A DNA stretch of 64,000 nucleotides, taken from an uncultured virus (IMG/VR IMGVR_UViG_3300028887_000113) (lineage: Duplodnaviria > Heunggongvirae > Uroviricota > Caudoviricetes). Location of the stretch: the IMG/VR virus record IMGVR_UViG_3300028887_000113; one strand, written 5' to 3'. Position 1 is the stretch's first letter. Every line of letters starts with the position of its first letter. Below, one piece after another: positions 61,182 through 64,000 of this stretch. The notes below the pieces were generated by a model. The model did no database searches. It worked only from the letters and a program-made list of their open reading frames with translations, and was not told the DNA's origin. The translations under genes were made by a program, and so were the position numbers.

Positions 61182-62811
61182 CTAAATTACCAAATGCGGA
61201 AAGGTCAGTATTGTTAAGAAGATTGGTTTCACCAAGGTCGAGTTCGACGTCGTCTTCATTCTTTTCTGGTTCGGACGAAGCTTCACCAATCTTGACGACT
61301 GGATCTACACAATGAGTATCTTGGTATACCTTGATTTCGCCATTCAACAAAGGATCGGCTTCGGCAGCCTTCTTAGCGGCTTCCTTGTTAGCCTTCTTCT
61401 TTTCACGAGCCTTCTTGGCTTGTTCACGACGCTTTGCCTTACGGTCTTCAGCTTCCTTATCGAACTTCTGGGCATCTTCCTGGGAGATCGGAGTAGCATT
61501 GACCGTTTCGTCGAACTGCTTTGTCAATTCGGCAATATCGGAAGATTCGACGACGGCCTTGGCTTGTTCTTGGTCAACCTTGATTTCGACGGCATTTTCG
61601 GTAGCCTTCTGGGCAAGGTATTCCTTGATATTCAGAACAGCAAGGCACTTACGGAGCTTACCGAGCGCCGGAATGCTGATCTTGAGTTCGGTGCAAATCA
61701 TCGCATCGGTACGACCGCCTTCTGCATCCAGTTCAGCAAGCTTCTTGTAGACCGGAGTAGACTCGATGATCATGGCGCATTCACGCTTGTACACTCGTTC
61801 GATGACAGCACGGTGTTCCGGAGTATCCTCATAACCGTTCTTGGCAGCAAAGTCAACCAAGTGTTCCACTGGATAGCCATAAAGGATGAATGTATCGATC
61901 TTGCCAAGCGGAACTGGTAATTCGAGTTCTGCAGCTTCTTCTGGAGAAATCTCACGCTTCGGCAGCTGCGGCTGTTCCACAAGGGCTTCGTTCTTGGCGA
62001 ACAGTTCCTCGGTAGCCTCGTTGACAGGAATCTGCAGCAAGGCCGCACGTTCGATCAACATGTTGTTGTCACGGACGGTATAGCCAACCGGCTTGGTTCC
62101 CGGCTGCATACCCATTTCGAAGCCAGACTTCAGACCGTACTTGTAGCCACGAATCGGATAGGCGTCCGGATTGTACTGGCTGGACACAAGATACTTGCCA
62201 AGATAGTCATTGGTAAGCGTACTGCCCTTGGAATCACGCCAGTGCGGAGTATTCGGTGTAAGAGGGCCACTCATCGGCATGCAAGCGTTATTCGGCACGG
62301 AGAAGAAAGTCAAAGTGTAGTTCGGCGTGTGGGAACACGGATGAACGAGACCTTGCGGATTCGGACGAGTGTGCTGGAAGCAGTCGATCAGAGTTCCGAC
62401 ACGGTTCTTCATAGCCTTCTCGGAAGACAGATACTTCACGAAAACGGACATAGCCATGGCCTTGTTGACCATGTACTTGTTGATGAACTCGCTGATTGAC
62501 TTTGTGAAATTCAAGTCGATCCAGACAAATTCGTCATCTTCCAGACAAACTGTCCAAGTCGGTTCCGTAGACTGTGCCACGTAGGACTTGATGATGTTGC
62601 TTTTCTTGCGCCAGTCATTACCAGCCATCGGAACGAGCGTCACGTGTTCTTCACGCTTTCGGCAAGCCTCCGGAAGCCAGCCGTGGCTACCAGAATCATA
62701 GACATATATTCGATCGAATCCGAGTGCGATATGGAAATCGAGCCATTCATTGAAATCAAGTTCATTGTTCGTTGACACACGAACCAAAGCATTTACGGGT
62801 ATATTCGCCAT
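61174..62811 (-). CDS. Glycosyltransferase-like (GT92/GT2-like) N-terminus fused to a helical, charged C-terminus
   Basis: EWLDFHIALGFDRIYVYDSGS and LEDDEF motifs. Confidence 0.7.
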   Translation of the reverse strand: MANIPVNALVRVSTNNELDFNEWLDFHIALGFDRIYVYDSGSHGWLPEACRKREEHVTLVPMAGNDWRKKSNIIKSYVAQSTEPTWTVCLEDDEFVWIDLNFTKSISEFINKYMVNKAMAMSVFVKYLSSEKAMKNRVGTLIDCFQHTRPNPQGLVHPCSHTPNYTLTFFSVPNNACMPMSGPLTPNTPHWRDSKGSTLTNDYLGKYLVSSQYNPDAYPIRGYKYGLKSGFEMGMQPGTKPVGYTVRDNNMLIERAALLQIPVNEATEELFAKNEALVEQPQLPKREISPEEAAELELPVPLGKIDTFILYGYPVEHLVDFAAKNGYEDTPEHRAVIERVYKRECAMIIESTPVYKKLAELDAEGGRTDAMICTELKISIPALGKLRKCLAVLNIKEYLAQKATENAVEIKVDQEQAKAVVESSDIAELTKQFDETVNATPISQEDAQKFDKEAEDRKAKRREQAKKAREKKKANKEAAKKAAEADPLLNGEIKVYQDTHCVDPVVKIGEASSEPEKNEDDVELDLGETNLLNNTDLSAFGNLDA

Positions 62812-62840
62812 AAAATCCTCATTTTCCGCTAAATATAGTA

Positions 62841-64000
62841 TTAAAGAGCATTAAAGTCAAATGACGGGCCACCGAAGGCTCCATCGATGTCTTCGAAGTC
62901 GAGACCACTTGCCATTTCGTCCATTAGCTTCTTGTTCATGTCAGTTTCCTTCTGTACAAGTTGTTCACCCTTGAAGGATTCTGGGTTGGCGTTCTCACGA
63001 GCGATTACGGAGAAGAATCCGAACTGCTGCAGCGTACGGTAATAGTCCACCTTGCTTTCCGGTATGCCCCATTCATTTGTCTTCGTCCAGTCGATAGTCA
63101 ACTCTGGTGCCGGACGTTCCATGATCTCGTCAATCTTCTCGGAGACATTTCGAGGAACCATCGACAAGTCAATCAGCGTACGGTTACGCATATACTGTTC
63201 AGCCCAGCCGTTAGCCTCGGCAACCGCATAGATGTTCGGACAGTTTTCCATCAGCATCACGGCTTCCTTTTCGGAAACTGCGTTAGCCTTGGTAGGCTTG
63301 TACTCGCCAGTCTTCGCATCCACATAGGCCATGCCACGGATATTATCGGACGTATCGCCAGACAGAACCTTGGCGGACAAGTATGCTTGCGGATAGGCGC
63401 ACTCGACAAAGTTTTCTTGAGTATGGTTGAAAATCTTCACGTTCTTGACATCGATCTGCGACATATCAGAGTCACGAGTAATCACGATGACATCGTCGTA
63501 GTCACCGCTATACTTCTTGACGGCGGCATAAATCATGTCGTCACCTTCGGCAATATCGCACTTGACGGCCTTTGCACGGAGGAACGGAGCCAGTTCCATG
63601 GCGTATTCGTCCTTGTAGGATTGCCAATACTTCTTGTCTACGGAGAATTCCCACGCGGACGCGCCTCGCTTTCCCTTGTAGGAAGGCAGCACCGGAGTTC
63701 CGGTAGGTGTCTTGACACCCCACAGCATGTACTGGGTATCTTCGGGAAGCTCACCAAGCTTCTTGTGGCTCAATGACTCAAACAACGACCGCTGCTTGGG
63801 CGGAATCTTCACCACTCCATATCCGTCACCAGCCTTCGTGACACGGTAGGCATAGTTGTCGCTGCAGACATAGTAACCGGTCGTATCCCAATAAATTGTA
63901 GCGTGCTTGGCGTAGTAATCCTTGACTACTTGCTTGCGCCACGCATTCTTTCCTTCCAAACACAGAATAATGTCCATCGGGTTGAAAAGACGGATATAGT
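62841..64000 (-). CDS. rnh: RNase H / 5'-3' exonuclease (T4 rnh-like), 5'-truncated by the window edge
   Basis: AWRK, YKGKR, EGDDMI, RDSDMSQI, GDTSDNIRG, RNRTLIDL; frame open to the window end. Confidence 0.85.
   Translation of the reverse strand, partial: YIRLFNPMDIILCLEGKNAWRKQVVKDYYAKHATIYWDTTGYYVCSDNYAYRVTKAGDGYGVVKIPPKQRSLFESLSHKKLGELPEDTQYMLWGVKTPTGTPVLPSYKGKRGASAWEFSVDKKYWQSYKDEYAMELAPFLRAKAVKCDIAEGDDMIYAAVKKYSGDYDDVIVITRDSDMSQIDVKNVKIFNHTQENFVECAYPQAYLSAKVLSGDTSDNIRGMAYVDAKTGEYKPTKANAVSEKEAVMLMENCPNIYAVAEANGWAEQYMRNRTLIDLSMVPRNVSEKIDEIMERPAPELTIDWTKTNEWGIPESKVDYYRTLQQFGFFSVIARENANPESFKGEQLVQKETDMNKKLMDEMASGLDFEDIDGAFGGPSFDFNAL

Noticed and set aside
1..64000. tRNA or rRNA genes
   Set aside because: None recognised in the short intergenic regions; no scan was run.

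Overview
This window is part of a large T4-like (myovirus, probably jumbo) phage genome read with the standard genetic code, mostly on the minus strand. It holds a dispersed virion module: tail-fibre-like and baseplate genes (gp6 and a wedge partner), neck gp13/gp14, gp15, scaffold gp22, protease gp21, major capsid gp23 and portal gp20. It also encodes the late sigma gp55, gp46, RNase H, two glycosyltransferase-like genes, Hsp20, a ferritin-like protein and M15-peptidase-like virion proteins. Selfish elements are abundant: three Hef-like homing endonucleases around gp23, a fourth that is split, and three tnpB loci, with no tnpA visible in the window. The main finding is an RNA-guided system tied to the phage late promoter. 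The late promoter core is ATAAACT, often AACTGATAAACT. Both the tnpB element at about 8400-9717 and a protein-less copy of its omega-RNA (about 35016-35199) sit directly after TTTAT inside that promoter. Removing either element rebuilds a consensus late promoter, so the predicted guides target element-free late promoters. All family assignments come from motif recognition by eye; no database searches were run.
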